NCBI GenBank assembly: GCA_029571225.1
Contig: JAKPTF010000035.1
Location: forward strand, 12,575 to 76,574
Direction: 5' to 3'
DNA length: 64,000 nt
Source of the DNA: Candidatus Omnitrophota bacterium
GTDB taxonomy: Bacteria; Omnitrophota; Gorgyraeia; Gygaellales; Profunditerraquicolaceae
How positions within the stretch are numbered: the stretch's first letter is position 1
Text below: more model-generated notes on this DNA
The model's database searches: none
Seen by the model: only the letters and a program-made list of their open reading frames with translations
Told to the model about the DNA's origin: nothing
DNA letters: not shown here

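Noticed and set aside
61738-63000. Module aa 333-753 has glycine-rich loops (AAGGGGDSLGA, IDMGGDVLA, ALGGDAEFG) that reminded me of DUF1152-type proteins.
   Set aside because: The resemblance rests on memory of short G-rich strings only. It is too weak to report as a feature without an HMM search.
10157-63816. There are many long plus-strand ORFs, for example 11492-12820 (442 aa), 47224-48816 (530 aa), 34498-35697 (399 aa), 32209-33309 (366 aa) and 28324-29373 (349 aa).
   Set aside because: All of them are antisense to strongly supported minus-strand CDSs. They have R/H/D/L-rich, motif-free sequences typical of antisense frames in GC-rich coding DNA. The similarities among them mirror the sense-strand AAA repeats.
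17077-64000. DGG could be a DNA-level repeat, or a set of internal Shine-Dalgarno sites (GAC GGA GGx contains GGAGG) marking internal translation starts.
   Set aside because: Codon choice varies synonymously between sites, and most are GACGGCGGC, which has no SD. A Met follows within a few residues at only one site (19696, DGG-MMGLL). This argues for protein-level constraint rather than an RNA or DNA signal.
17077-64000. The giant ORF could be an NRPS/PKS megasynthase or an RTX/Ig-repeat adhesin.
   Set aside because: I saw no condensation (HHxxxDG), adenylation, KS/AT or carrier-protein (GxDS) motif series. I also saw no nonapeptide GGxGxD runs or Ig-like tandem repeats.
1-64000. The window could contain mobile elements, a prophage, a toxin-antitoxin system or a known defence system.
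   Set aside because: I recognised no transposase, integrase, recombinase, terminal inverted repeats, tRNA attachment site or known defence-gene signature. The AAA+/VWA content fits a midasin/MoxR-type reading better than a defence ATPase, although that has not been tested.

Overview
The window is almost entirely coding on the minus strand, as five co-directional genes. I found no rRNA, tRNA, CRISPR array, transposase or integrase. All plus-strand ORFs in the track look like antisense artefacts.

**Genes**
- **17077-64000:** one uninterrupted ORF of 15,639 codons. It is still open at the window edge, so the gene is probably longer.
- **15330-16859:** a secreted hypothetical protein.
- **10163-15313:** a triple fusion of class II FBA, PFK and GAPDH.
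- **7218-10073:** a PGI-like protein.
- **1-7179:** a PPDK/PEP-synthase-like protein of at least 2393 aa. It is missing from the ORF track because it runs off the window with no in-window stop. I translated it by hand.

**Main results**
- **Giant ORF content.** It is not a repeat adhesin or an NRPS/PKS. It reads like many unrelated stand-alone proteins joined in frame:
  - enzymes: TIM, a PI3/4K-like kinase, GNATs, CoaE, ROK glucokinase, a P-loop kinase and HAD;
  - proteases: two M50 site-2 proteases and three papain-like modules;
  - ATPase machinery: a midasin-like hexa-AAA array plus VWA;
  - membrane proteins: a CDF transporter and a MarC-like protein, plus seven paralogous TM-anchored helical modules.
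- **D-G-G punctuation.** The tripeptide D-G-G occurs 37 times by my hand count and falls at the boundaries between these modules.
- **D-G-G in the neighbours.** It also closes the signal-like leaders of the three neighbouring glycolytic mega-enzymes. In two of them it precedes a shared C-terminal domain of about 240 aa ending in EDTLNKI.
- **Hypothesis.** I propose, as inference only, a double-glycine-type polyprotein processing system with the proteases encoded in cis.
- **Permuted barrels.** The FBA and TIM modules appear circularly permuted. The TIM module has lost its catalytic Glu.

**Limits.** All translation, counting and family calls were done by eye. Domain boundaries are approximate, to about 30-60 nt.
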